From positions 12,648,001 through 12,712,000 of the forward strand of contig OX597827.1 in assembly GCA_951406725.2 (NCBI GenBank): a stretch of DNA of 64,000 bases, in the 5' to 3' direction. Below the pieces are notes generated by a model. It saw only the letters and a list, made by a program, of their open reading frames with translations, did not search any database and was not told the DNA's origin. This DNA comes from Octopus vulgaris (Eukaryota). The position numbers and the translations under genes are program-made. This document shows positions 37,799-51,134 of the stretch, in pieces; position 1 is the first letter of the stretch, and each line of letters opens with the position of its first letter.

Positions 37799-38695
37799 GT
37801 ATTCCTCATCATCATCTTTGTCATCGTCATTGTTGTCATCATCATTATTGTTATTCTCCTCCTTCTTCTCCTCTCCTCTCGTCCTCACCTTCGTCATCAT
37901 CACCAATACCTTCATCAGCAGGAATGGTATCATCATCGTCATCATCAATGTCATCGTCATCGTCATCGTCGTCGTCATCGTCATCATCATCATCATCGTA
38001 TTCCTCATCATCATCTTTGTTATCGTCATTGTTGTCATCATTGCTGTCCTCATCATATTGTCCTCATCATCATCATTATTGTTATGCTCCTCCTTCTTCT
38101 CCTCCTCCCTCGTCCTCACCTTCGTCATCATCACCAATATCTTCATCGGCAGGAACGGTTTCATCACTGTCGTCGTCATCGTCTTCACCATCATCATCAT
38201 CGTCATCATCATCGTCGTCATCATCATCATCATCGTATTCCTCATCATCATCTTTGTCATCGTCGTTGTTGTCATCATCACTGTCCTCATCATCAATGTC
38301 CTCATCATCATCATTATTGTTATTCCCCTCCTTCTTCTCCTCCCCCCTCGTCCTCACCTTCGTCATCATCACCAATATCTTCATCAGCAGGAACGGAATC
38401 ATCATTGTCATCATCACTGTCGTCGTCATCGTCTTCACCATCATCATCGTCGTCGTCGTCATCGTCATCATTATCATCATCATCATCGTATTCGTCATCA
38501 TCATCTTTATCATTGTCGTTGTTGTCATCATCACTGTCCTCATCATATTATCCCCATTATCATCATTATTGTCATCTTCCTCCTCCTCCTCCTCCTTATC
38601 TTCATCTTCATTATCATCATCACCAATATCTTCATCAGCAGGAACAGTATCATCATTGTCATCATCACTGTTGTCATCGTTGTCATCATCATCCT
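37743..38695. repeat. Higher-order minisatellite (~230-250 bp units, 4 copies) built from (ATC)n
   Basis: Anchor ccaata(c/t)cttcatc(a/g)gcaggaa at 37903, 38134, 38372 and 38623. Confidence 0.88.
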
Positions 38696-38898
38696 TGCGA
38701 CATCACAGGTGCCGAGCTGTATCAACGTTTGCCTTTCCCTTTGATAACACTGGTGGCGTGGATAGGGGAGGTCGGCATGCATGGGCGACCGCTGGTCTTC
38801 CGTAAACAACCTAGCCTGGACTTCTGCCTGGGAGGGTAACTTTCCAGGTGCAATCCCATGGTCAATCATGTCTAAAGGGGGTCTCAGCATATATATGA

Positions 38899-38940
<42 letters not shown>

Positions 38941-38941
<1 letters not shown>

Positions 38942-39173
38942 GGCAGCGAGCTGGCAGAATCGTTAGCACGCCGGGCGAAATGCTTAATGGTATTTCGTCT
39001 GTCGCTACGTTCTGAGTTCAAATCCCGCGGAGGTCGACTTTGCCTTTCATCTTTTCGGGGTCGATAAATTAAGTACCAGTTATGCACTGGGGTCGATCTA
39101 ATCGACTTAATCCGTTTGTCTGTCCTTGTTTGTCCCCTCTATGTTTAGCCCCTTGTGGGCAATAAAGAAATAA
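38941..39173 (+). mobile_element. SINE family B, full-length monomer
   Basis: Head ggcagcgagctggcagaatcgttagcac, B-box gagttcaaatcc, central gtcgactttgcctttcatc..gtcgataaattaagtaccag, tail aataaagaaa; within (AGAC)n. Confidence 0.88.
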
Positions 39174-39234
39174 GACAGACAGACAGACAGGCAGACAGAG
39201 AGACAGACAGACAGACAGATAGATAGATAGATGA

Positions 39235-39289
<55 letters not shown>

Positions 39290-39552
39290 TACATATAAAA
39301 TCACAAAAAACACACTCACACACACACACATACACATACTCATATATACACTAATGCTTGCTTTTATGCCAAGCTATATTTTATGTTAAATGAGGAATTA
39401 CTCAATACTTCTTGTAAAGTACATATCAAAGCCTGCATTGAACTGACGAAAACCAGCCAAAGATAACCAGAATGTAGCATTAAAATCACTGTCAGCACTA
39501 TTTTTGCTAAAGAATAATACAAAGACATATATACATGTATATTGTGAACATA

Positions 39553-39950
39553 GGCGTAGGAGTGGCTGTGTGGTAAGTAGCTTGCTTACCAACCACATGG
39601 TTCCGGGTTCAGTCCCACTGCGTGGCACCTTGGGCAAGTGTCTTCCACTATAGCCCCGGGCCGACCAAAGCCTTGTGAGTTGATTTGGTAGACGGAAACT
39701 GAAAGAAGCCCGTTGTATATATGTATATATATATATATGTGTGTGTTTGTGTGTCTGTGTTTGTCCCCCTAGCATTGCTTGACAACCGATGCTGGTGTGT
39801 TTATGTCCCCGTTACTTAGCGGTTCAGCAAAAGAGACCGATAGAATAAGTACTGGGCTTATAAAGAATAAGTCCCAGGGTTGAGTGTTGCTCGACTAAAG
39901 GTGGTGCTCAAGCATGGCCGCAGTCAAAATGACTGAAACAAGTAAAAGAG
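39553..39950 (+). mobile_element. SINE family A, full length
   Basis: Family A match. Confidence 0.92.
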
Positions 39951-40042
39951 TATATATATGTGTGTGTGTTGTGTGTGTATGCATGTGTGTACGTATATGG
40001 TTGGGTTATTTTGGTTGAGTTAGCTTGTCACAAATGTATACT

Positions 40043-40456
40043 CTCTCTCTTTTACTGTTTTACTTGTTTCAGTCATTTGACTGCGGCCATGCTGGAGCAC
40101 CGCCTTTAGTCGAGCAAATCGACACCGGGACTTATTCTTTGTAAGCCCAGTACTTATTCTATCGGTCTCTTTTTGCTGAACCGCTAGGTGACGGGGACGT
40201 AAACACACCAGCATCGGTTGTCAAGCAGTGCTAGGGGGACAAACACAGACACACAAACATATACACACACACTTATATATATATACATATATACAACAGG
40301 CTTCTTTCAGTTTCCATCTACCAAATCCACTCACAAGGCATTGGTCGGCCTGGGGCTATAGCAGAAGACACTTGCCCAAGATGCCATGCAGTGGGACTGA
40401 ACCCGGAACCTTGTGGCTGGTTAGCAAGCTACTTACCACACAGCCACTCCTGCGCC
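40043..40456 (-). mobile_element. SINE family A, full length
   Basis: Family A match, tail-to-tail with the previous copy. Confidence 0.92.
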
Positions 40457-40937
40457 TATATCATCGACCTTCTATAATTGTTGTCACATGCATTGGTGAT
40501 ATGAGAAGATGCAGATGTTGGAGCAACGAAGATGCAAGTGATACGGTTGGTGTATAAGATGTTTGAGTGTATGTTGCACATAAATATGTATATAGCCATG
40601 CATTAGAATTCTTAGAAATGATTGCAAAATCTCAGGTTGGCATGTGTTATTGATTTCACCTTTCTCCCATTTGTTTGTCTAAGATCAATGGGACATCCCC
40701 ACTGTGGTGTTTCCTGAAATTTCATTACCTGACACAACGAAACCTGCTCCAGGTAAATACTTCAAACATCAAGTTTGTACTTAGATGAATGTATCAGATG
40801 CACACACACACACACACACACATGCACACCGGCCCATACACACACACACTTCAATTTCTCACTGGTCTTGAAGCTGCTTGGCTTCAGTGATGTAATCCTT
40901 TCAACTACATTTTAGTCACTCGTATATACATGTATAC

Positions 40938-41003
<66 letters not shown>

Positions 41004-41080
41004 ATATATATATGTATATATACACACATACATACATCCATAGGCGTGTGTATGTATGTGTATACACATACATACATACA

Positions 41081-41956
41081 TACAAGGTGCGGTGAATAAA
41101 CTGTCATCTAAATTACACAAAACTGAAAGTAACACTGAAATCTCATATTAACAGACATATTTACCAAAATTACATAAAAATATCTTGAAATACTGAAGTG
41201 TAAATTTACTCAATAAAATCGCCATTGGCTTCAACCACGGCCTCCAGACGAATTTGGAATCTCCTGCAACTCTTCTGAATGGTCTCCTTGTTAAGTTGGC
41301 AAATGCTGCCATAATCCAAGCCTTCAGTTCATCTTTAGTGTTACAAGGTGTTATGTTGGCCTCTTACTCAACTGCACCCCACACATTACAATCAAGAGGG
41401 TACCTGTCTGGAGAATTACGTGGCCAGATGTTAAGGGTGATGTGGTTGCAGAAATTGTCTGACAGCCATGACTGGGTTCTTCTGCTTGTGTGGCATGGTG
41501 CAGAGTCCTGTTGCCAGACATAGGGTCTTCCAGCAGTCCCCTTCTTGACTCTGGGTAGTACTACCTCCTCCAGGCACTTGATGTAGGCCTTTATGTTGAG
41601 TTTGAGGCCGTGTGGGAAGATGAATTAAGGCATAACGTCACCATCACTCGTGATACCTCCAAATATCATGAGATTGACTGAATCCTTGGTACATGTCCTC
41701 AAATTGCACTGTCCTCAGATTGACACCCAAACACTCTGAAATGTTTGTATTGGAGATTCTGGTGTGAATGCCAAACAGTACAGCATGTTGTTTCCAAATG
41801 TCTGGCGGAGTGAATTGCATCATGGTGATATTTTTCTTGCAGACAGTGCCCAACTGACCCTACTATACTGTGTACCCAACAAAATCAAAAATAAACAATG
41901 CACATGCACAAAACTAAAAATATGAAATGGCAACAATTTACCCATCACACTTTGTA
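41081..41956 (-). mobile_element. Decayed maT (DD37D) Tc1/mariner transposon, internally deleted
   Basis: Reverse translation gives WQQDSAPCHTSRRTQSWLSDNF..IWPRNSPDRYPLD (37 residues between Asps) and EAVVEANGDFIE*; degenerate TA-bounded TIRs. Confidence 0.88.
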
Positions 41957-41964
41957 TTTGATCA

Positions 41965-42173
41965 AAAACACCTAAAGCTCCACAAGGCTCCGGCAGGAGG
42001 TGGTGGCGATCCCTGCTGTACTCTTTTGCCGCAACTTTCTCTTACTCTTTCGTCTGTTGCCCTGCTCACTTAGCCAGCGGGGTGGCGTCATTGAAGGCTT
42101 AAGCAATGAGAAGCGCACTGTGACCAGCGATGTGCAGCAACATCTGATAGCTTGGCAGGTCACATGATCACGT

Positions 42174-42177
<4 letters not shown>
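41965..42177 (+). mobile_element. SINE family D, 5'-truncated
   Basis: Matches 4100-4315. Confidence 0.82.
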
Positions 42178-42216
<39 letters not shown>

Positions 42217-43110
42217 TTATATGCATACATACATAAATACATACATACATACATTCATTCATGCATACATACATGCATGCGTGCATGCATACATATATAC
42301 ATACATACCTACATACCTACATACATACATACATACCTACATACATACATACATACATACATACATGATGACTAGCTATGCTGTTGAGTACATTTTCAGT
42401 TTAATGTCTGATCCGATATAACAGTGCTTTTTCTCTCTCTCTCTATCTCTGTCTCTCTCACATGCACACACTCTGTCCCTTACTCTCTCTCTCTCTCTCT
42501 CTCTGCATATATATATATATATATCTCACACACACATTCTGTCCCTCACACACTCTCTCTCTTTCTCTCTCCTTCTATAATATTTTATTATAATTCCGTT
42601 CTTACCAGGATGCCTTATAAGAACATTAAATCAACTCCAGCACTTAACTGCTACTTTATTTTGTCAACCCAGATACATGAATTCAGTACATAAAGAGCAT
42701 AAAGAGCACCAACAAAATGCTGCAGGTAATTAGTTTGATATTTGGACAATTCTGTTGCATCTGCATCCATTGTCATGTGTTTTCCTCTTGAAAGCTTCTA
42801 AAAATAGCATCAAATTCTTTAATCGAGAAATTCTTTTCCTTGCACCACCACATTATGTGTTGCATCTTGATGGATATACACATGTAGCTGCCCAAAAATG
42901 TTTACATTATTGAGATTTACATCATGTATATCGAGCAATGATCTGACAGGCCCGTCTGCTATTCAAGATATTCCCTCAGCATGTGCATATATATGTATAT
43001 ATATAATATATATATATTTGTGCATGCGTGTGTGCATATATACATCTGCATATTTTATATATATATATGTGTATATATATATATACGTTTATGTATGTGC
43101 ATATATATAT

Positions 43111-43308
43111 CATCATCATCATCATCATTTAGCGTCCGTTTTCCATGCTAGCATGGGTTGGACGGTTCAACTGGGGTCTGTGGAGCCAGAAGGCTGCATC
43201 AGGCCCAGTCTGATCTGGCAGTGTTTCTACGGCTGGATGCCCTTCCTAACGCCAACCACTCCGCGAGTGTAGTGGGTGCTTTTTACGTGCCGCCCACACA
43301 GGGTGCCA

Positions 43309-43310
<2 letters not shown>
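43111..43310 (-). mobile_element. SINE-like family C, truncated
   Basis: Family C match. Confidence 0.82.
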
Positions 43311-43356
<46 letters not shown>

Positions 43357-43380
43357 GGTTTGGAGGTGATGTACAGGTAT

Positions 43381-43617
43381 TATATATTAGAAGAAATAAG
43401 GTACTCTGAAATCTGGATGGTTTTATATTTACAGATTTTTATTAATATGTCACATATTTTTATAAATCATATATTAGCGCTTGCATCTATTCTAGTAGAT
43501 GCTCCCAGAGTCTACTAGGGTAGATGCAAGCACTAATATATGATTTATAAAAAGATGTGATATATTAATAAAAATCTGTAAATATAAAACCGTCCAGATT
43601 TCAGAGTACCTTATTTC

Positions 43618-43629
<12 letters not shown>
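43381..43629. repeat. ~119-bp near-perfect inverted repeat in a (TA)n-flanked module
   Basis: Arms 43381-43499 and 43511-43629 with few mismatches, 11-nt spacer. Confidence 0.92.
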
Positions 43630-43648
<19 letters not shown>

Positions 43649-44011
43649 CCAAAACATGGATGTATTTGGGGTACTTAGTTGTGCCCATGACTTAGTATTT
43701 GCTTCTTCCATGGGTATGAGTAAGTATCTCATTTATTTCTTTGCCACATTTATCACTGACTAATGGAGGGTTCTTACAAACTAAGCCTGAAATCGGTCCG
43801 ATATGGTAATAATGGAATTTTTTAGAAATTTCTGTCGGCTTTTTTTTCGAGTAGCGTGCGAATTGTAAAAAGTTATATGGTAATGGACGATATGTCCAAT
43901 TTTCAGCATATTTGGCATTAGAAATTTTTTCGTTTGCCCTTATTTATAAAGGTATTTTTTAATATGCTGGCCATTGATAAAATTTTTTTTTGAAGAAAAT
44001 TTTATCCTACA

Positions 44012-44062
<51 letters not shown>

Positions 44063-44154
44063 GTATATTAAGTAAAGATGTATTATTACTGTTATTAATG
44101 ATATTAATAAGGTAATAATAAGGTGGCTAGCATGTTCACACCATTACAGACACA

Positions 44155-44384
44155 ATATAAGGCAAATTTAGATACAGTATGTTGGTCAAATAGAGGGTGA
44201 AATCAATTGGTATTGAAATATACATTACTTACTGATGTATTCAACGTGAAGGTAAGCCTATTTCTCATGTCCTTTCCATTGCTCATGTGTATCTTTATTG
44301 TGAGTTTCTGGTGGTTTTCAAGCCTTGGCTCTGATTTTAGCAAGTGGTATTATATACCCTACTGTATCTAAATTTGCCTTATAT
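44155..44384. repeat. 25-bp perfect inverted repeats enclosing ~180 bp (MITE-like or PLE inversion)
   Basis: atataaggcaaatttagatacagta / tactgtatctaaatttgccttatat. Confidence 0.75.
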
Positions 44385-44393
44385 ATATATATA

Positions 44394-44790
44394 GGCGCAG
44401 GAGTGGCTGTGTGGTAAGTAGCTTGTTTACCAACCACATGGTTCCAGGTTCAGTCCCACAGCGTGGCACCTTGGGCAAGTGTCTTCTACTATAGCCTCGG
44501 GCCAACCAAAGCCTTGTGAGTGGATATGGTAGACAGAAACTGAAAGAAGCCTGTTGTATATATGTATATGTATATATGCATGTATGTGTATGTGTGTCTG
44601 TGATTGTCCCCCTATGCTGGTGTTTTTACGTCCCTGTCACTTAGCGGTTCGGCAAAAGAGACCGATAGAATAAGTACTGGGCTTACAAAAAAGAATAAGT
44701 CCCGGGGTCGAGTTGCTCGATTAAAGGCAGTGCTCCAGCATGGCTGCAGTCAAATGACTGAAACAAGTAAAAGAGTAAAAGTAAAAGAGT
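44394..44790 (+). mobile_element. SINE family A, full length
   Basis: Family A match. Confidence 0.9.
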
Positions 44791-44815
44791 ATACATATAT
44801 ATATATATATATATA

Positions 44816-45025
44816 TTCTTTTATTCTTTTACTTGTTTCAATCATTTGACTGCAGCCATGGTGGGGCACTGCTTTTAGTCAAACAAATCGACCCCAAGAC
44901 TTATTCTTTGTAAGCCAAGTAGTTTTTCTGTCAGGCGCTTTTGCCAAACTACTAAGTAACGGAGACATAAACACGCCAACATTGGTTGTCAAGCGATGGT
45001 GGGCGGACAAACACAGACACACACA
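44816..45025 (-). mobile_element. SINE family A, 3' half
   Basis: Family A match. Confidence 0.82.
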
Positions 45026-45076
45026 CAAAAAAACTATAAATATATATATATATATATATGTGTGTGTATACAGATA

Positions 45077-45381
45077 TCACGTGATCACGTGACTGACCAG
45101 ACCATCAGATGTTGCTACACATCGCTGGTCACAATGCGTTCGCATTGTTTTAGCCTTCGAATGACGCCACCCCGCTGGCTAAGCGAGCAGGCCAACAGAA
45201 GAAAGAGTGGGAGAAAGAGTGGCGAAAGAGTACAGCAGGGATCACCACCCCCTGCCGGAGCCTCGTGGAGCTTTTAGGTGTTTTCGCTCAATAAAAACTC
45301 ACAACGCCCGGTCTGGGAATCGAAACCGCGATCCTACGACCGCGAGTCCGCTGCCCTAACCACTGGGCCATTGTGCCTCCA
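45077..45381 (-). mobile_element. SINE family D, full length, CpG-rich (young)
   Basis: Reverse match to 4003-4315 with intact A and B boxes. Confidence 0.88.
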
Positions 45382-45599
45382 CGTATATAGATATATATGT
45401 TTATATATAGTTAAAATTTACAGAGAAGAAAAGATGAAGACAAGTGAGAGAACAACAAGTAGACATATTAGTTTGAAACTCAGGAAGTATGGAAAAGGGG
45501 TTGACGTTTCAAGCCTATGCTCTTCTATAGAAAGGATTGAGAGGAAAATTAATGAAGAGAGAACAAAAAACAGAGAAAAACAATGTGTAGGGATTAACC

Positions 45600-45736
<137 letters not shown>

Positions 45737-47027
45737 TGTATGCATGCATGTATGCATGTATGTATGTATGTATGTATGTATGTATGTATGTATGTATGTA
45801 TGTATGTGTACCTTTTTGTTTGTGCTTGTCCCCACCACTAAATGACCAGTGTTGGTTTGTTTACATCTTTGTAACATAGCAGTTTGGCAAAACGATTGAT
45901 ATAATTATATAGCAGACTTGAAAATAAGCACTGGGTTTGATTCCTTTGACTAAAACCCTTGAAGGTGGTACCTCAGGATAGTCACGATTCAATGACCAAA
46001 ACAAGTAAAATATAAGTGGGAATTGCAGGCATAAGTAGAGAGGGTTCCTCTATCACGGAGCCCAATGCTTCAACAGAACACAAACTAAACAAACATGAGC
46101 ATAGAAAATACCAAACAGCAACAAACACAAAACATCTATTCCTGTTGGACAAAAAAAATACCTGGTCAACGATCAGATTTGTGGATCTTTCATTCATGCA
46201 CGTAGTCACATGCAGGCCTATAAAAGTGAAATCAGGTGGACAATCACGGTTCACCCCCAAGGGATGGCAGACAATATGCGTATGGTATGCATGTCTTTAT
46301 TCATGTGTGTGCATGTGTGTATTTTAATGTTTAGATGTTACAGATAGGAAAGACACATTTGCATATGGTGCATGAGTGTTAGCAGAAATAACTCATGTGT
46401 ATTGATAGCGAAAGCAATATTTTCTGTGCATGTATATGTCTAGGATGGTATATTTTATTATCAAGAGCAAGGCTATTGGTGTGTAGTGAGAGAGAGAGAG
46501 AGAAAGAGAGAGAGGAAAGTATATTTAACATGACATAAATCTTATCAATGCGTGTTACAAGTGATGTGTGTTAATGTTGATTAAAATATTATTGATGTTT
46601 CCTAGTAATCTGTATCGACATTTCAACATAATAATTATTGATCTACAAATGTGATGGTATATTCTGAAATATTTTATGTGTGTGTAATTCGTGTGTATGT
46701 GTGTGTATACACACACACACACACATATAGATATACATATGCATACATACATGTACAACATACTTATACATACATACATGTATGTGTGCGTACATATATA
46801 TAGATACATAAATATGTATATACATATGAATATATATATATAATGTATTTATTATATATATATATATATATAATATATAACATACATACATACATATATA
46901 TATACACACACATATATAACATATATATATATGTAAGTGGGCGGAGACATTTGCATTTATTATATATATATGTTATAAATATATATTTCTCTAATATGTT
47001 GGTGCCTATGCTTCTATGTTATATTAT

Positions 47028-47077
<50 letters not shown>

Positions 47078-47355
47078 CTTTGTGTGAGTCAGCAATTTAT
47101 CTCGGGATAGATATTTCTAGTGACACCATACTTTGTTAAAAACCACGCTAATTATTGATTTATACCAGCAAAGATATCATCGTAGAGATATCGGTAAATA
47201 CTGCTGTCAGATATTATCTTACTGGCAACACTATTCTCAGAGAGCAGCATTAGAACCTTTTCAATGTGTGATCTTATATAGAAATGCCTGAAATATTTTG
47301 TAACTCCAGTTTTTTTTTTTTTTTGCTTTTTATATATTTTCATCTGTATTTATTT

Positions 47356-47391
<36 letters not shown>

Positions 47392-47547
47392 AGGAGGTGG
47401 GCGATTTCTTATTTTGATGATAAATGTTTGAAAAAAAATTTTGTTTTCACGTCTTTGTGGATGTCGAAGTTTCTGTTCTGTTTTCAAGGTTTGTATCAAA
47501 TAACTTCAGCGTTACATTATTTCTGGTGAGCATTCATAAAAGCTAAG

Positions 47548-47657
<110 letters not shown>

Positions 47658-47911
47658 ATATAAAGGGGGAATCAAAAAGAGATCGGGTTTTTGGATGCAT
47701 TTAGAATTTAGATAAATCAATTTAGAAACTAACTGGATGATGATAAGAACTAATCAGGTAAAAGCCCCTTCAAATATCAAACCTATTGATGTCCCTATAT
47801 ACATAAATGTCACCATCTTACTTAACATAAATATATACTCTATGTGGGTGGTTTATTTGGTCCTGAAAAGTACACACACTCTAAGGTTCTTACACTTGTA
47901 TGTGTGTGTGT

Positions 47912-47942
<31 letters not shown>

Positions 47943-48074
47943 CACACATATATGTGTGTATGTATATATATATACATATGTATATGATATATACATATGT
48001 ATGTATATAATTAATATAAACAGCCATGTGCAATGTGTTACCATAAAGGACACCCTTAGTCACATTTAGCGACA

Positions 48075-48152
<78 letters not shown>

Positions 48153-48221
48153 TGTGTGTGTGTATAATATATATATATAAATATATTTATATATATATAT
48201 ATATATGTACATTTATATATT

Positions 48222-48483
48222 TACCTGTTTTGACCCTCCGCAAAATCCCAAATTTTATTTAATTTGCTTTGCAGAAGTTACTGTTTTTTATCAAAAGCAT
48301 ATATTGTTGTTAAATACTCGAAATACGAAACTTGAAAAAAAGCCAACAACTGATAAAGGATCGTTTTTATGTTGTTTGTTTTTTTTCCATTTGTGTCTTT
48401 CATTGTTTGAAAGAATAGTTCATGTTCCATGTACTCGTGCTTCATATTTTTTTGTTGCTTACATTTCATGACGTCCTATGCCC
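48222..48483 (+). mobile_element. (TA)n-flanked interspersed repeat, related to the reverse copy at about 54325-54600
   Basis: Shared aaattttatttaatttgctttgc..gaaacttg..caactgat.aagg..tttatgttg. Confidence 0.55.
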
Positions 48484-48569
48484 ACATATGCATATATATA
48501 TATATATATATATATATACGCATATGTACATACATATACATACGCATATATACATACTTACATCTAAAC

Positions 48570-48603
<34 letters not shown>

Positions 48604-48686
48604 AGATGCATGTATGTACATATGCGTATGTATATATGCATACATATATTATTTATATTAAATATATATATATGTGTGTGTGTATG

Positions 48687-48721
<35 letters not shown>

Positions 48722-48782
48722 ATACATGTATGTAAGTATGTATGTATATACTCTTAAATGATAGATAAATAGACAGGCAGAC

Positions 48783-48838
<56 letters not shown>

Positions 48839-49059
48839 GTAGATAGATAGACAGATAGAGAGATAGATAGATATCTTGGTAGATAAATTAACAGATGCAC
48901 ACATACACACACACATGAGCACACACAGACATACACACACACACACACACATATATAACTAAAGTATGTTTGAGAATAAATTGTAAAGTTACATGACCAC
49001 ATCGAATGAACATTCACTGAACCAATTCTGGCCCCTTTAAAGAATATTTTGTCTAAGGA

Positions 49060-50200
49060 AGCAGAGCAGGTTTAATACACTGTGTATAAGGATGCATGTT
49101 GATGATGCCTGCATGTGTGCGAGATTAAAGATGATTGAAGGGTGTTATTATCTGAATAGGAATGGGGATTGTTGGATATGATAGCAAATCAGTCATTGAT
49201 GTGCAAGAGGAAGAGTGAAAGGATATAAGTGAACCTTGAGAAGCTGCAGAGTTGAAATATTGGGGTTTAAAGTGAATTTATTCCTTCACACACATTCATG
49301 GTGTGATCTAACAAAAAAGCGTCTATGCCAAGAGCCAAGAGACTGATGGAACTCACAAGCAGGAGCACACATGCCAACAACTTAGCTAAAGGTGGCGAGC
49401 TGGCAGAAACGTTAGCACGCTGGGCGAAATGCCTAGCAGTATTTCGTCTGCCGTTACGTTCTGAGTTCAAATTCCGCCGAGGTCGACTTTGCCTTTCATC
49501 CTTTCGGGGTCGATAAATTAAGTACCAGTTACGCACTGGGGTCGATGTAATCGACTTAATCCGTTTGTCTGTCCTTGTTCGTCCTCTCTGTGTTTAGCCC
49601 CTGGTGGGTAGTAAAGAAATAGGTATTTCGTCTGCTGTTATGCTCTGAGTTCAAATTCTGCCATGGTCGACTTTGCCTTTCATCCTTTTGGAGTCGATTA
49701 AATAAGTACCAGTAAATCACTGGGGTTGATATAATCGACTTAATCCCCTTGTCTTTCCTTGTTTGTCCCCTCTATGTTTAGCCCTCTCTGGGCAATAAAG
49801 AAATAAAGGAAGAAATAAACTTAGCTAAATTCAGATACCAGACAAGGTTAAATGCTCCGTTGAGGTCAAGTGCAAAAATAATTTTCTGTCTTTGAAATAT
49901 TAAGTTTTCTTGCTTTTTTTTTTAAATCCACAACTGGTGAGTGACATAAACAAATATGTCTTCAGTTGATTTGGCTATACAGAAACTGTACTGGAGGTCA
50001 TTTAGGAGAGAGATGGCCTTAAGGTATTGAAGAAAGTGGAAACTAATGACTATCTTTGTCTCAATTGAGCTCCCAAAAGTGGGAGCAATACGTTAATAGT
50101 CAGCAGGGTCAGAGATCTTGCCCTTCTTTGGAATGGAACACACAATAGTGTTTCCAAATACCTTTGTAGAAAGAGAGAGAAAGTGTCAGGGAGAAAGATA
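49060..50200 (-). mobile_element. Highly decayed CR1/Jockey-group LINE reverse transcriptase remnant, interrupted by SINE B
   Basis: Reverse translation in order: PKKGKISDPADY (NYRPI-like), DLQYSFCIAKST (QYGFR..RST), ALDLNGAFNLVW (LD..KAFD.VW), SQGSLI..LFLLHIND..HSYSDN (PQGS..YADD). Confidence 0.75.
49389..49817 (+). mobile_element. SINE family B head-to-tail dimer with 12-bp TSD
   Basis: Full unit 49389-49622 plus headless unit 49622-49807; TSD aacttagctaaa at 49379-49390 and 49818-49829. Confidence 0.88.
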
Positions 50201-50980
50201 TCAGATAGACTGGTAAGAACTGGACAAGCTCTGGGGGGTGGTGTCTGTTTAAGGGTAATAAAAGAGTTATTCACAAAAGACCAGTAATCTTGTACGTTTG
50301 AAGTCAGGGGAGGTGCTATTTTTTGTTGTTTACTTGTACTGTTACAAGTGAACCTCTTTGTGATTTCGGGGCAATGTGATATATTTGTGTGAGGATGGTT
50401 TCACTTATTTGCTTAGCTGTCTCTAATGTGTCAGGTGTGAAGCATATATACTGCCATACTGCCAAGTATGGTTAGTGTTAAACTGGCAATGCTCCAACCA
50501 GTTTGCTGGCTTGAAGTGTCATAGTGTTCAGGTGTGGAGTGTTGCGTAGGATATGGATGTGTGGTGAGTTGGCTGTGTTGTGTGGACAATCTGATACGTG
50601 CAGAGACAGTGATGGCTTCATAGAATTTGGTTTTATCATGAAAATGTCATTAATCTTTCATTTCCATATCTATCTGGATAATTTCCTTTCATTATTGTAT
50701 TTTTGTTATGTTATATCCATCTATCAGTTTCAATAATTTAAAGACCCCTCTTGGTTTTTCTACGAGAATCAAATATCGTAAGTAGCTAGTTGGAAGTTTT
50801 AGATTTCTTCAGCCCTCATCTCCAAAAATCTTCATAGATATCACAGATGTGTAGGGTAACAACAAACTAATAATGTTTTAAAGAAAGGAAGAAAACAAAC
50901 AAGTATTAATTTAAGATTAACTCAGCTGTGTATGTATAAATCTGTGTGTGTGTGTTCATGTGTGCATGTGTGTGTATGTA

Positions 50981-51013
<33 letters not shown>

Positions 51014-51026
51014 ATATATATATACA

Positions 51027-51131
<105 letters not shown>

Positions 51132-51134
51132 GTA

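Noticed and set aside
35751-38839. Long poly-Asp/Met/Ser/Ile/His ORFs (up to 340 aa) resembling acidic or reflectin-like proteins
   Set aside because: Stop-free readings of (GAT)n/(ATC)n repeats; no reflectin motif or splice context
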